Positions 12,601-24,390 are shown, counted from the first letter of the stretch. The stretch: 64,000 nt of DNA from Callorhinchus milii (GCF_018977255.1 NW_024704747.1:1426001-1490000); one strand, 5' to 3'. Notes: generated by a model from the letters alone, not told the origin. A program made the numbers and translations.

Positions 12601-15600
12601 GCGCACTTGCTTCTGCTGTCACCTTCCCCCCCCACCCCACCCCCACTCTGTAGAGGGTTGGAGTAGAAGCCTCTGAAGTTGCTGTGTTCCGTTGTTGACA
12701 GTGACGTCTCGATGACGTGATGAGACGCCGTGTTATTATTTTGATTGTCACCGCAGGACCGGAGTCTGTCGCGGGCGGCCAAGGGCCTGAGGGGGAGCCG
12801 GGGCCCGGGCCGAGACTCCCCTGCCCCCGGCCCACCTCCCGACACCGAGCCAAGCATCGCTGGAGCAACATGAGCACGGACAGCGGCATCGTGGGCCTGA
12901 GCGATGAGCGGGAGGAGCGCGAGGAGGAGGAGGAGGAGGAGGGCGTGGGGGTCGAGGAGGAAGATGAGGGCGGGCGCAAGTCCGCGGAGGTGGAGAGGGC
13001 GGACAGCGGCATCGGCCCCGCCACGGCCAAGAAGTGGAAGAGCCGGGCGGGCGTGGGGGCCAGGGCCAGGGCTTGGGAGGGGCCTCGCTCGGCTCCGGGC
13101 TGGGCGGCTCACCGGCCGTGCGTGGACTGCGGGGAGAGAGAGCCCCCCGAGCCGGAGCCCAGGACCGGCGGCCGCCAGCGGAGGAGGGAGAGGCTGTGCG
13201 GCAAGTGCGGGAGGCGCCGGACGGAACGTAAGGAGGCGGTGCTGGAGTTCGTGAACACCGAGGGCAGTTACGGAGAGGACCTGCGGGTGATCAGGCAGGA
13301 GTTCTACCTGCCCATGCAGGACGCTGGGCTCCTGGCCCGCGAGCAGTTGGCCGTGATCTTCAGCAACATCCAGGAGCTGATCGAGGTCAACGAGAAATTT
13401 ACCCAAAGGCTCCACGACTCCACTGAACAGGCCCTGGATCAGGTAAGATGACATCTTCGTCGTCGTCGTCATCATCGTCGTCTTGCATTTGTATCTCGTG
13501 ATTTATCGCGTCTTCGAGACGTCTCAAAGCCCTTCGCAGGACAACAGGTGGAGTGAACCGACTGAGCTGTAGCTCAGTGGTCGGAGCCCTCGCCCTCGCC
13601 TCGCCAGCGAAAGGACCCGGGTTGGATTCCCGGGCGGGCAGGGCGGGACCTTAGGCAGGTTTCCTCACTCCTCACGCCCTCTGTTTACTCAGCAACAGGT
13701 AGGAACCCGCCGGCTCGTCGAATTGCGGATCGCTTTCCGGGGGTAATCCTCCAAAAAATATAATAATAATAATTTGGTCACTCAAACCACGACTGTTGGT
13801 GGGACGCTGCCGTGCGCAATTGGCTGCTGCGTTTCTTCCACAAAGTACACAGTCAATTGACTTTATACTAAATTATAATAATAATCCTTGCATTTGAGAT
13901 ATATATGTATAGTATACTGTGATAAGGCACTGTATCAAATCCCAGGATTATTATTATAGTGTGTGTGTGTGTGTGTGAGTGGTATGTGTTGTGTGTATGT
14001 TTTGTGTGTATTTCACTCTCTTCCTCTGGGATCATTTGCCCACAAAACGCACGGGTCACTGCACTTTACAGTATATATTGTTTTGAGACGCCCTCCAGAT
14101 GAAAGGCACGGTAGCAAATGTACGGATTATCATTAATATCTGTTGGCAGGGCGACGAAGACTTTCTGACGGTGTGCATCGGCGAGATGTTCCTGGAGTTT
14201 GTGAACATGCTCCCCGCCTTCCAGACCTACTGCATCCATCAGTCCACCTCCATCAACATGCTCAACACCCTGGAGAAGGAGAAGGAGCTGCTCAGGTCAG
14301 GCTCAAACACCACACGCCAGTTAGATTGAGAGAATGTTTACAGCACAGGAATAATTGGTCATCGTGTCTGTGCTGGGGCTCGCTCCCCCTCTGGAGCTCT
14401 CTACCCTAACCCTATTCCCTGCTCTCTCTCTCTCTCTCTCTCCATCGGGTCTGTGCTGGGGCTCACTCCCCCACTGGAGCTCTCTACCCTAACCCTATTC
14501 CCTGCTCTCTCTCTCTCTCTCTCTCCATCGTGTCTGTGCTGGGGCTCACTCCCCCACTGGAGCTCTCTACCCTAACCCTATTCCCTGCTCTCTCTCTCTC
14601 TCCATCGGGTCTGTGCTGGGGCTCACTCCCCCACTGGAGCTCTCTACCGTAACCCTATTCCCTGCTCTCTCTCTCTCCATCGTGTCTGTGCTGGGGCTCG
14701 CTCCCCCTCTGGAGCTCTCTACTCTAACCCCATTCCCTGCTCTCTCTCTCTCTCTCTCTCTCTCCATCGTCCAGCAGTCACCCTAACGCACACTGTGGGC
14801 TCTTGCCAACCGGAGCCAAATTCTAGAATTGGGCGAATAATAAAACGAGCAAAAGTGTCCCTCCAGGGAGCGAGACAGAGAGAGAGAGAGAGACAGTAGT
14901 ACATTCCATTCCAACGATCTACCTCTGGAATTTCTAATGTGTAGCTGGGATTATATGGAACTGTTCGGATCCGGAGACTCTTAAGCAACGGTGATGCTTT
15001 TCCGCGTGGGTCAGACATCCCGGCTGACCGAACAAAACTCCAATGCAAGGATTGTTACCATTGCCAACTGGCGTCCCCCAGTGGTCAAGACGTATAAACC
15101 CATCGGATCTTAACACGGAGTTTCCATACGTAGAATCATTCTGGTTCGGATAGGGATCGTCTCACGCGGATGGGTTCTGGCCCGTGACTGAGCGAAAAAA
15201 AAAAGTGGAGGGCCTTCCTTAACAGTTAACAGTATTTTTCCTGAAGCGTTAATCATTTATAATTGTTAATGTGGAACAGTAATAATAATAATAATAATCC
15301 TTGCATTAGACACAGCGCCTTATCACCTCTTCGAGACGTCTCAAAGCGTTTCGCTGACGATACCGTAAATTGGAGTGAGTGTGTACTTTGGTGCATGTGC
15401 GCGTGTGTCTGGGTTGCAGGATATTTCTGGACGTCTCTCAGAACGACAACACGGCGCTCCGTCGCATGAACCTGCGGTCGTTCCTGATGGCCCCGCTGCA
15501 GCGGGTCACCAAGTACCCACTGCTCCTGAGTCGGATCAGCAGCGCCACGCTGGAATACCACCCGGACCATCCCAGCCTGCGGGAGGCCAAGAGCAGGGTG

Positions 15601-16212
15601 GAGTCCCACCTGGAGCACATCAACATGAAGACCAAGCAGGAGGGGGCCCCCTGGTGTCTGCGTTCCTTCCGGCGCGACAGCCGTCGCAATCGGGAGGTCA
15701 TCGACATCGAGATGAGGGAGATGGCGGTCAGGGCGGTGGGCTGGGCCCGCGAGGAGACCCGCTTCGCCATGGAGGGACGGCTGCAGTTCTGTCAGCCCAG
15801 CGACGGCCAGTGGGCCAGGAAGGGCAACAAAGCCCTCAAGTTCCAGAGCCTCCACGTGATCCTGATGATCATCCCCGGGCAGCAGGAGGGGGCCGCCCCC
15901 GAGGAGGGGGCCGAGGAGGTGCGCGACGCCGCCCTGGTGCTCATCCGGGACAGGAGCAACGGAAAGTTTTCTCTGTTCAGGGACCCGCTGCACCTCGGCC
16001 ACTGCGTGGTCTCCTCGGACCCCGACTGCGACGACACCTTCGAGCTGCTGGACATCAGGAGAGACGCCTTCGTGTTCCGCGGGGCCGAGCGGCCGCAGAC
16101 CCGGCACTGGTTCCGTCTGGTCAGACACTACTCCCGCGGCCTGGGCTCCTGGAAGAGGCGACGCAATGCGCTGCCCAACATCATGATCAACGCCAGCCAG
16201 AGCCGGGCCTGA
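8127..16212 (+). CDS. Uncharacterised Dbl-family Rho guanine nucleotide exchange factor (DH-PH), ~1113 aa; join(8127..9469,10806..10962,11757..11973,12757..13442,14150..14295,15420..16212)
   Basis: DH motifs ERKEAVLEFVNTEGSYGEDLRVIRQEFYLPM...IFSNIQELIEVNEKF and LRSFLMAPLQRVTKYPLLLSRI, followed by a PH-like segment ending ...WFRLVRHYSRGLGSWKRRRNALPNIMINASQSRA*. All junctions are GT-AG with compatible phases (2,0,1,0,2) and total 3342 nt = 1114 codons. The last three exons are firm. The start ATG (gcctccATG, 8127) and the exon 2/3 boundaries are less certain. Confidence 0.85.
10190..10551 (-). mobile_element. Full-length copy of the same tRNA-derived SINE
   Basis: Same head (TAGCTCAGTGGTTAGAGCTCTCGCCTCGCAAGCGAGAGGACCCGGGTTTGATTCC) and tail. 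Confidence 0.9.
12095..12475 (+). mobile_element. Older DeuSINE (SacSINE1/AmnSINE1-like central domain)
   Basis: Deu-domain-like GCCGTCCTTCG...CCCCGTCTGC...CAGGTGGACGTTAAACATCCC...GAAAAG followed by the shared 3' tail. Similar copies lie at ~1250-1580 (+), ~1660-1900 (-) and ~19290-19670 (+). Confidence 0.7.
13565..13870 (+). mobile_element. tRNA-derived SINE copy (3'-truncated)
   Basis: GTAGCTCAGTGGTCGGAGC head and family body. Confidence 0.8.
14360..14770. repeat. Tandem repeat, ~75-83-bp unit x5 (CATCGTGTCTGTGCTGGGGCTCACTCCCCCACTGGAGCTCTCTACCCTAACCCTATTCCCTG + (CT)n)
   Basis: Five adjacent near-identical units; the same unit occurs inverted at 55140-55290. Confidence 0.93.
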
Positions 16213-19200
16213 GCCACAGGCCTGAGACAGCCTGATCCAGACAGAGCCACCGGACTGAGACAAGCCTGAGCCACAGGCCTGAGACAGCCTGACCCAGCCA
16301 CAGCCAGAAAGAACCACAGGCCAGAGGGGAGCAGAGGTTCAGGGTGGGAGCTGGAACACCGTAGGCGGAGAGTGACTGAGGCTAGTGGGGGGCTCAGACT
16401 CTCCCTGCCACCCCCCCTCCCCCACCATCTATCTACAGTTTTGTCTTGAGGGGGTTGGGGGTGGTGGGAGGGAGACCCCTGAGGAGGACCACAGCCTGTC
16501 CTCCGAGCAGCCCCAGCCCCTGGTGCGGCCTGCCCCCCTTGAAGTCTTTCAGCTGCTCGTTGGGGCGTCCTCAACTCTGATTTGCCGATGGACCTGGCAG
16601 TCAAATCAATGGCTCACCCGTGTTAATCAGCCCCCCCCCCCAGAATATTTTCTCCCCCCACCCACGTGGAACCCTAACCCCAACTGCTCTCCACCCTCAC
16701 CGCTAGACTGAGGTGCAGAACAATGCACCTTCTCACAAGGTTTCTCATGTAAACAGACGCAACGGAGTGGAGGGGACATCTTATTTATTTTCTTTCTCCT
16801 CACATTCCCCGCCTCCCTCCCTCCGCTTCGGTCTCCCATGGCCGGACCACCCACCTCCGTTCAGTATGACCGCAATACGGCTGCCTTCGCAAACCAGGCG
16901 AAACACAGGAGGGTAAATAATTCCTTTCAGGATTGGTGTAGCAGCGGTCACAAATTCCTGTTATGGTCCCAGCGGAACTTTTACCCCAAGTTTCAGATTT
17001 CTTCCCTGCTCCATACTCCAGAGCGTAAACCATCTCACTTGTGTAGGAAGCCCTTAATTTTGTTCTAATTTCTTAAGCTTTCGGCCTGAGAGTCATTCCG
17101 ATTAATTATTGCCTTTATTTTAATGAGCTAAATAATTCCAATGTGGCTACAAGAAGGACAAATGACATTCCCACGGCGCCTTTCACTTCGGGAGGATGTC
17201 CCAAGGCACTGAACAGTCAGGGATTCGGCCCCGTGCTGGGGGTTGGGATCAGGAGGGGTGGAGGGCGGGGAGGATGGGATAGGAGGGTGACCGAAGGCAC
17301 GGTCGAAGAGGAGGATCTTGAGACGTGCCTTGAAGGAGGTGAGGGAGGGAGCGAGGCCGAGGGGACTGTGGGATGGAGTTCCAAAGGTTGGGGCAGAGAG
17401 GCAGAGGTTTTTGAAGAGCGATTTCAGGACAGAACTCCAGGAAGTTTCTCTTCACTTCGAAGGGCAATAAACAGCAGGAAACGAGGCTCACTGGCAGGTG
17501 GTGGTTCAGGCTGGAACCTGTTTAAGAAATGTCTCATTGCTGACCTACGAGGGAGCCTGCAAGGGTGAGATGAATGGGTTAAAGGGCCTTCTCCATCCGA
17601 ACCACCCCTGCGTTAGGTAAAGCACAAGTGTGAGGGGAGGCAGGGCAGCCAGACGTGTTGTGTTCTGTGTCTATGTGCAGGTGTAACGTGCACCATTTGT
17701 GAACCATGTGTACATAAGGAAAACAGGAGGCCATTCAGCCCACCGAGCCTGTTCTATTAGGTCATTTGATTTTGGCAAATCTTTTAATCTCGATGCTCAG
17801 CTCTTTCACCAAACCCTAAAACTCCACCCACCCAAACATGGGTCCAGCTGTGTTAGGACAGGTGGTGCTTAATTATGTCATTAACAAAATGGTTAATTAT
17901 CTAATGACTGAATCCCTTGCAATGGGCGATTACATAATTAAGGACATTATTTATCGAGTCTTGGGTTGTTCCCTAATCTTAACTGTTCCAACAACTTCAA
18001 CCTAATGTAGTTTTATGTTGAACGAAGACCTTGAAGCACCGAGCAAGGAGATTGGGGGGAAAATCCCTGAGCAGGGAGGACAGGAGGGGGAGTTTGAGGG
18101 CGTTGACCAAAAAAGGGATAGCCTTTCACGTCAGGAGGACGTCCAAAGTCAGGGATTTGGACCCGAGTTGGGGGTTGGGATGGGGGGGGGGCTGGAGGTC
18201 AGAGAAAATGATGATGGTCGTCAAGTCAGAGGAATACAGCAACTCAGGCTTAAAGAAATAAATCAGTCAGGGATCCCGTCCCGAAGCCTGGGGTTCCGTA
18301 TACAAGGTGTTCCCAAAGTCTTGTTACCCTCTTGTGTGTTTTCCTGCAGTGCACTATCCAACAACTGAAACATGGGGAAGAATCATTGTATGTAGAAGTA
18401 CCTCATTGTATTCAGTACAAGTGTTTAGCTGTGTTCACGTCCAGAGGAGCGGTGAGTGCGAGCACATCATTTTCATGGCAGATAATGATCTGTCGCCGTG
18501 TGGGTTGTAACATCTTCCATAATACGACTGTGTGGATTGAGGAGGCGAAGTGCGTGTCCGACAGCTTATTTCAGTTTGTGTAGTCTTGGATCACTGGTCT
18601 CCGCTTGCGGCTGCGATGAGAAGAAATGACCCCTTTGGAAGAAGCCATCACCTGCACAGATACAGATACAGTTCCTCAGACGCCCTCCCACTGAGTCCTG
18701 GATGTCTGCGGTTCTTTTTGTTTTAACCACTTTGTCGTTAACACTTAAGATGGCGCAGAATTTGGGAACATTCTGAAACTCAAGTCTTATTTTAACAGCC
18801 GATTTTCTTTATTAAGGATCGCGGGGAGAATAGATCTGCTTCCGAATTAAAAGACTGGGTTTGAGAATTGTTCACCGTTCGGCGCCAGTCACAATTTTAA
18901 GGCAATTGGCAGAAGGACTTCGAAGCCCGAGAAATTTCAGGGCTCAGAGGAATGTGAAAATAAGGGGGAAAGGGAGGGAGGCGGGAAAGTTAGGGAGGGA
19001 GGGAGGGGGAAAATGGATGTATAAATGTAAAGAGAAATGCAGTTATGTAGGGTTGGCGGTGGGGGGGGGGGGGGGGGGGTGGGGGGGTGTTTTGCTTGTT
19101 GAGCACTGCTGATTGGGAGGATCTCCACACACACAGCAAAGCACAGGGCTTGGAGGCTTGAAATTCCCCCTGGTTTTAGCCTGCGTCTTATCATTTAAGG

Positions 19201-19289
19201 CGGCACGGAATCGCCAACAGTTCTCGAATTCAATCCGGGTTTTGGAAACCAGAGTCTTTTATGAACTGCACTGCGGAAAAGCTCCCTCC

Positions 19290-19670
19290 GAATTGAGAGC
19301 AGGTTTAGGAGCTCTGTCACAGAGTCCAGTCTGACACTCCACTGCATTGCGGAGGGAGTGCTGCATTGCCAGAGGTGCCGCTCTCCTGAACGGATAAACT
19401 CAAGGTCCTTTCTTTGTCTGTTCAGGTGAGCATTAAAAGATCCCGCGACGCTATTCAAAAAGAGGAGTTTCTCTCTCTCCCGGTGTCCTGGACAACAATC
19501 CCCAAATAAATGGTCACTCACTCCGCAGCCGTTTGTGGAACGTCGCTGTACACAAATTGGCTGCTGCGATCGCCTACAAAATACAGCATACGTTCCAGTG
19601 AAATTGCTTTGAGACGTCCCAAACAATGTGATAAGGAGCTGTAGCGAAATAAGAGGATTTTTATTAATTA
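19290..19670 (+). mobile_element. Older DeuSINE copy in the RhoGEF 3' UTR
   Basis: GAGGGAGTGCTGCATTGCCAGAGGTGCCG...CAGGTGAGCATTAAAAGATCCC... with the shared tail. Confidence 0.7.
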
Positions 19671-20030
19671 TCCCAAACCCCGCACCACCTTAAATCTGAA
19701 GGCAAAACAGTCTCGTCTCGCAGGCTGGGACCGGGTGGAATTCGTGGCCTCTGAATTGTGGCTGCCTCACAAACTGCAGAGCGAGTTGCTACCACACGCC
19801 CAGGGCCTTTAGTCGCTGTGAGAAAAATAGCAGATACTTATTTAATTCCAGAACCTCAAGACTTGTGAAAAATCTACTTACGTTTTAACTTTGTAATTTT
19901 TTTTGTACAACATCAAAGTGGATTTTATGTAGGAAACGCGTTTCCTCAAGGATTCAAAATGTGGAACAGACCTTTACCACCGTGTATAGTGTATTATTGT
20001 GTATCATAATAATAAAGACCTGAAGAACAC

Positions 20031-20036
20031 ACACAT
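20031..20036 (+). terminator. Likely polyadenylation signal of the RhoGEF gene
   Basis: AATAAA preceded by U-rich/UGUA-containing sequence typical of 3' UTR ends. Confidence 0.4.
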
Positions 20037-20077
20037 ACACACAGTCAGTTTGCTCTCTATTCCTTGTAAACACATTC

Positions 20078-20560
20078 AACAACAACAACATTACATTTAT
20101 AGAGCGCCTTTCATGTCGGGAGGACGTCCCAAAGCGCTGAACGGTCAGGTGTCGGGGCCCGAGCATTGGGGGAGAGTGGAGAGGTAGGGGTGAGGGAAGG
20201 CACGGTCGAAGAGAAAGGTCTCGAGACCGGCCTTGAAGGAGGCAAGGGAGGAAGCGAGGCGAAGGGACCGTGGGATGGCGTTCCACAGTGTGGGGGCAGA
20301 GAGGCTGAAAGCCCGGCCGCCGACGGTAGGGCGAGAGACATGGAGCACCCGGAGCCCGATGAACAGGGGAGCGGGCAGGTTGGTAGGGAGTCAGCAGGTC
20401 AGAGAGGTAGGAGGGGGCAAGACTGTGGATGGCCTTAAAGATGAGGACGAGGATCCTCTGGGGGATGGGGAGCCAGTGGAGTCGGGCGAGGGTGGGAGTG
20501 ATGGGGTCACGGAGCCTGGTGCGCGAGAGTACACGAGCTGCGGAGTTTTGGACGATCTTT
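20078..20560 (-). mobile_element. L2 LINE 3' fragment
   Basis: VGGRAFSLSAPTLWNAIPRSLRLASSLASFKAGLETFLF and a (TTG)n tail. Confidence 0.88.
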
Positions 20561-21006
20561 GGATTCAGACTTTGAGGGGGGAAAGACAGGAATTTTCAAC
20601 CCATTCAGGGACCCCTCAGCCCGTCGTGTCTGTGCCACTGCTCACCATGTACGTTAGGCGCCCCGGATTTTAATCAATTCTCACATCCCAGCTTCTTCCT
20701 TCCTGAAAGTCCTCAAGTTCCTATTGCTCAAGTTGATCCAACTTGGCGGCCACTCATGCGGCTCAGGGGGAATCATTCAGTCATTTTCAACCATTCTGCA
20801 CCATCTTAAATTTTAACACAATCTCAAGGCTGTGACCAGGAGGGAATTCAGATCAATGGGACAGCATCAGATTTCACATCCCTTTGTCGCCGCCAAATCC
20901 CTCAGTTTTATGCGCTCACCCGCACGGAGGGCCCTATATAAATGTTTTTAGCGGGGATGTACCAATTCCCTGCCCTCATGAAGTGCACACAGGTTTACTC
21001 TACACG

Positions 21007-21012
21007 TTTATT
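21007..21012 (-). terminator. Likely TSN polyadenylation signal
   Basis: TTTATT on + (AATAAA on -) about 560 nt downstream of the TSN stop. Confidence 0.45.
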
Positions 21013-21569
21013 GTTCCATCAGCAATACGCAAAAATACAAACGGTCTGTGATCCTTTCATCAGCTAAAGATTCAGTGAAAAAACAATGTACGTTAACCAG
21101 ACAGGCTCCACATTTAAACAGGGCAACTGGATAGGGTGGTGAATGTGAGTAGGATGCGTGCGTGTGTGTGCTTGCATGGCTGTAGGGTGATGTGCGTGTG
21201 CCTTGGGATGTCCTCCCAAAGTGAAAGGAGCTTTACAAATGTAATTTCATGTTGTGTGTGTGTGTGTGTGTAAATTAGTGAGTGTGTGTGTGTGTGTTGG
21301 TTGGGGGTTCTCCCTCAATATAACCGTCCTCCCACCCTGTGTAGATTTTGGAATAATGAACCAATGAGTGGGGGGAGGGCCTCAATTATGAACACATGGA
21401 ATATCTCCCTCCATTACCTCCCAAATCTGTCTCCAAACAGCACTAACCGCGGGGAGTTGTCACGATACAGTAAACAGCTTCCATCCTCTGGTCCTTAACA
21501 TGTCGGGAGGTAAACACCCAACGAACGACTAATTTATCGTCTCTCTCTCTCTCCCCCCCTCGCCCTCAG

Positions 21570-23190
21570 TTACTTTCCCACCGCCTCGCCCTTGCCGTCG
21601 TCTGCCTTGTCCGCTTTGCCGAGCCCCCGGATGGACAGGTCGTAAACCACCTCCTCGATCTTCTTCACGTCGTACTTGAGGCCGTCGTAGCGCTTGCGCA
21701 GCGAGTCGTTCTTCAGGTTGAGCAGCCGAAAGCCGGAGTCGAGCTCGTTGATAAAGGAGGAGATGCGAAGAGGCCGGGAGTAATCGCCAGCCGTCACGCT
21801 GTTCAGCGCCAGTCTCGACTGGGGAGCAAACAGAGCAGAGGCTGTGGAGCGGTGAGGATACCAACAACAACATGCATTTGCATAGCGTCCCTCAAGCAGG
21901 ATGGAGTCCCAGAGCGCTTGGCAATGGTGGAGCCGGGTGGAGGTGACCGTAAGCACCGTAACTGATCGGCAGTAGCGGAGGGCGGGGAGTAGAAACGGGA
22001 GCATTTTCTGAGGGGGTGTCTCGGGGTCGGTAGCCACGTTGATAGAGAAGAAAGGCACCTGTTGTCCTGTCACAGTTTCTTACCAGTTCGCTGGCCAGGA
22101 TCAGTAGCCCCGAGAGGTAGTCCTCAATGTCCAGGTGAAAGCCCTTGTCTCGGTGCATGTGTACTACATCACAACAAGAGCAGACGGTTACAATGGGAAA
22201 GCTGCCCTCGGGCATCCATCAGCGCCTTACTTCTGGCTCCCAAAGTAAAGAGGCCAAACTGATGGTTTCCAGTCTTGTTGAGGCACCACAACATCACTGG
22301 AGTCTTCACAACCAGAGGAGACGCCTACTAATGCTTTCAACAACAACTCACCTCCGAGGATTTCGGCCACCACTTCCCGCGACACTAACGTTTCCGACTC
22401 CAGATAAACCACAAATGCCGCCAGGAACACAAGGCGCTGCAGCACGAACCTCCAGTGCTCATTGAACCTATAACACAACAGCAGTAGATTCCGTCAGCCT
22501 CAAAAATGTGGTCACTGAGTCCATGACTGTTTGAGAGACAATGCTGTACGCAATCGACTTGACGTGTTTGGCCCACAAAATACAGTCACCACACTTTACA
22601 TTATATTCTGTGAAACTCTTTTTGCGACGCTCAAAGACGTGATAAGGCGCTATATCAAATGCAACGATTATTATTATTATTATAAACACTGGGAACCGCC
22701 CCAGCCTCAAATACCGAGTCTCACACACAGAAACAGCTTCATGGCTTTAAACCAACACTCCCCCCCACCCCACCCCCACCCGCAATCGCAAGACTTATAA
22801 ACAGCCTATGGTTCTGAAGGTGTCTTGAATAGAGAGTAATAACCCAGGGTGTAGTAATTAAGCCCAAACACTGCAGTTATTGAACAAACCCTAACATACA
22901 GGAATCTCCGCACTGACCTGTAATACTGATCTATGGGGAACTTGGTCTTCAGCTCAACCATGAGGGTCTTCACTGTTTCGAAGTGCACACGTGCTTTCTG
23001 GCACTTGTTAGGGACTGCGAAAGAGACAAGAGAGAGAATGTGACGATAGCTGCATTGGAACGGCTTCCATCCTCACAGAGAGAATCAAATAGCAAACCCT
23101 CCACTGAGCGAGAAACCAAACTCAATGTTAAGCCTTGAAAGGCCAGTTCTTCCTATGAGCTGAGTGTGTTTTCCTCTGTCCTTGTTCCTC

Positions 23191-23221
<31 letters not shown>

Positions 23222-24390
23222 TCTTGACCCTGAGATCAGCCAGTGCAGCAGATCGGGCCGCAACTGGACTCCAATGGCCCTGGGTTGGGTGGGGAGTGGG
23301 GGTAACAGGGAGCTCGGCTGGAGTTCCTGCTCCCACACGCAACCAAGAGGTAAAACCCCGCTGCAATATTACAGTAGGACTGGTCACGTCCCCGATGCTT
23401 ACTGTCTTTAAAGCCTGATGTCTGATGGACCGTCTGTAGTAAGGTCAGGATCTCACGGGCCGTCTGCTCCAGCAATTGGACAACTTTCCTTATCTCCTAA
23501 ACACAGCGGCAAAGAAACAAACAGAACAGAGAAGGAAAGGTGAGGAGAGGGGAGGACAGGACAGGGCCCCGGGGGCTGCGGCACCCAAACTTCTTCCCTC
23601 ATTGTCTGTCTCTCTCCTTTTCTTCCCCTTTTACTCCCTCCGTCTCCTCCCCCCACTCCCCCCTTCTCTCACCCCCACCCCCTCTCTCTCACCCCCCCCA
23701 CTCCCTCCCTCACCCCCTCTCTCACCCCCCCACCCCCTCTCTCTCACCCCCCCCCACTCCCTCCCTCACCCCCTCTCTCACCCCCCACTCCCTCCCTCAC
23801 CCCCCCACTCCCTCTCTCACCCCCCCACTCCCTCCCTCACCCCCTCTCTCACCCCCACCCCACTCCCTCCCTCACCCCCACTCCCTCTCACCCCCCCACT
23901 CCCTCCCTCACCCCCACTCCCTCTCACCCCCACTCCCTCTCACCCCCCCACTCCCTCTCACCCCCCCACTCCCTCCCTCACCCCCACTCCCTCCCTCACC
24001 CCCACTCCCTCCCTCAACACCCCCACCACTCCCTCCCTCAACACCCCCCACTCCCTCTCACCCCCACTCCCTCTCACCCCCCCACTCCCTCTCACCCCCC
24101 CACTCCCTCCCTCACCCCCACTCCCTCCCTCACCCCCACTCCCTCCCTCACCCCCCCCCACTCCCTCTCACCCCCCCACTCCCTCCCTCACCCCCACTCC
24201 CTCTCACCCCCACTTCCCCTCACCCCCCACTCCCTCTCTCACCCCCACTCCCTCACTCCCTCTCACCCCCACCACTCTCAACAGCCCCCTCACACCGCCC
24301 CCCCCCTCACACCGCCCCCCTGACCTCTCTGATGTCCTGGTCGGAGCTCAGACTGGCCTGGATGAGGCTGAACATACTGCCGACCGACAT
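21570..24390 (-). CDS. TSN: Translin (C3PO subunit), 233 aa; complement(join(21570..21818,22084..22163,22352..22467,22918..23014,23403..23496,24325..24390))
   Basis: MSVGSMFSLIQASLSSDQDIRE|EIRKVVQLLEQTAREIL..., QYYRFNEHWRFVLQRLVFLAAFVVYLE, GFHLDIEDYLSGLLILASEL|SRLALNSVTAGDYSRP, NLKNDSLRKRYDGLKYDVKKIEEVVYDLSIRG. Exons 66/94/97/116/80/249 nt, all GT-AG, total 702 nt. Confidence 0.97.
23650..24320. repeat. C-rich minisatellite (~18-nt unit CCCCCACTCCCTC(C/T)CTCA) in TSN intron 1
   Basis: Directly visible tandem array, almost devoid of G on the + strand. Confidence 0.95.

Noticed and set aside
14360-14770. CRISPR-like regular repeat array
   Set aside because: There are no unique spacers (only variable CT runs), no cas genes, and the context is vertebrate.
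12381-16317. Long antisense and alternate-frame ORFs (364, 354 and 286 aa) over the RhoGEF exons
   Set aside because: Shadow ORFs caused by very high GC3, with no recognisable motifs.
18400-18650. Exon-like minus-strand segment encoding MASSKGVISSHRSRKRRPVIQDYTN
   Set aside because: Only 25 codons, antisense within the probable RhoGEF 3' UTR, and no supporting evidence.
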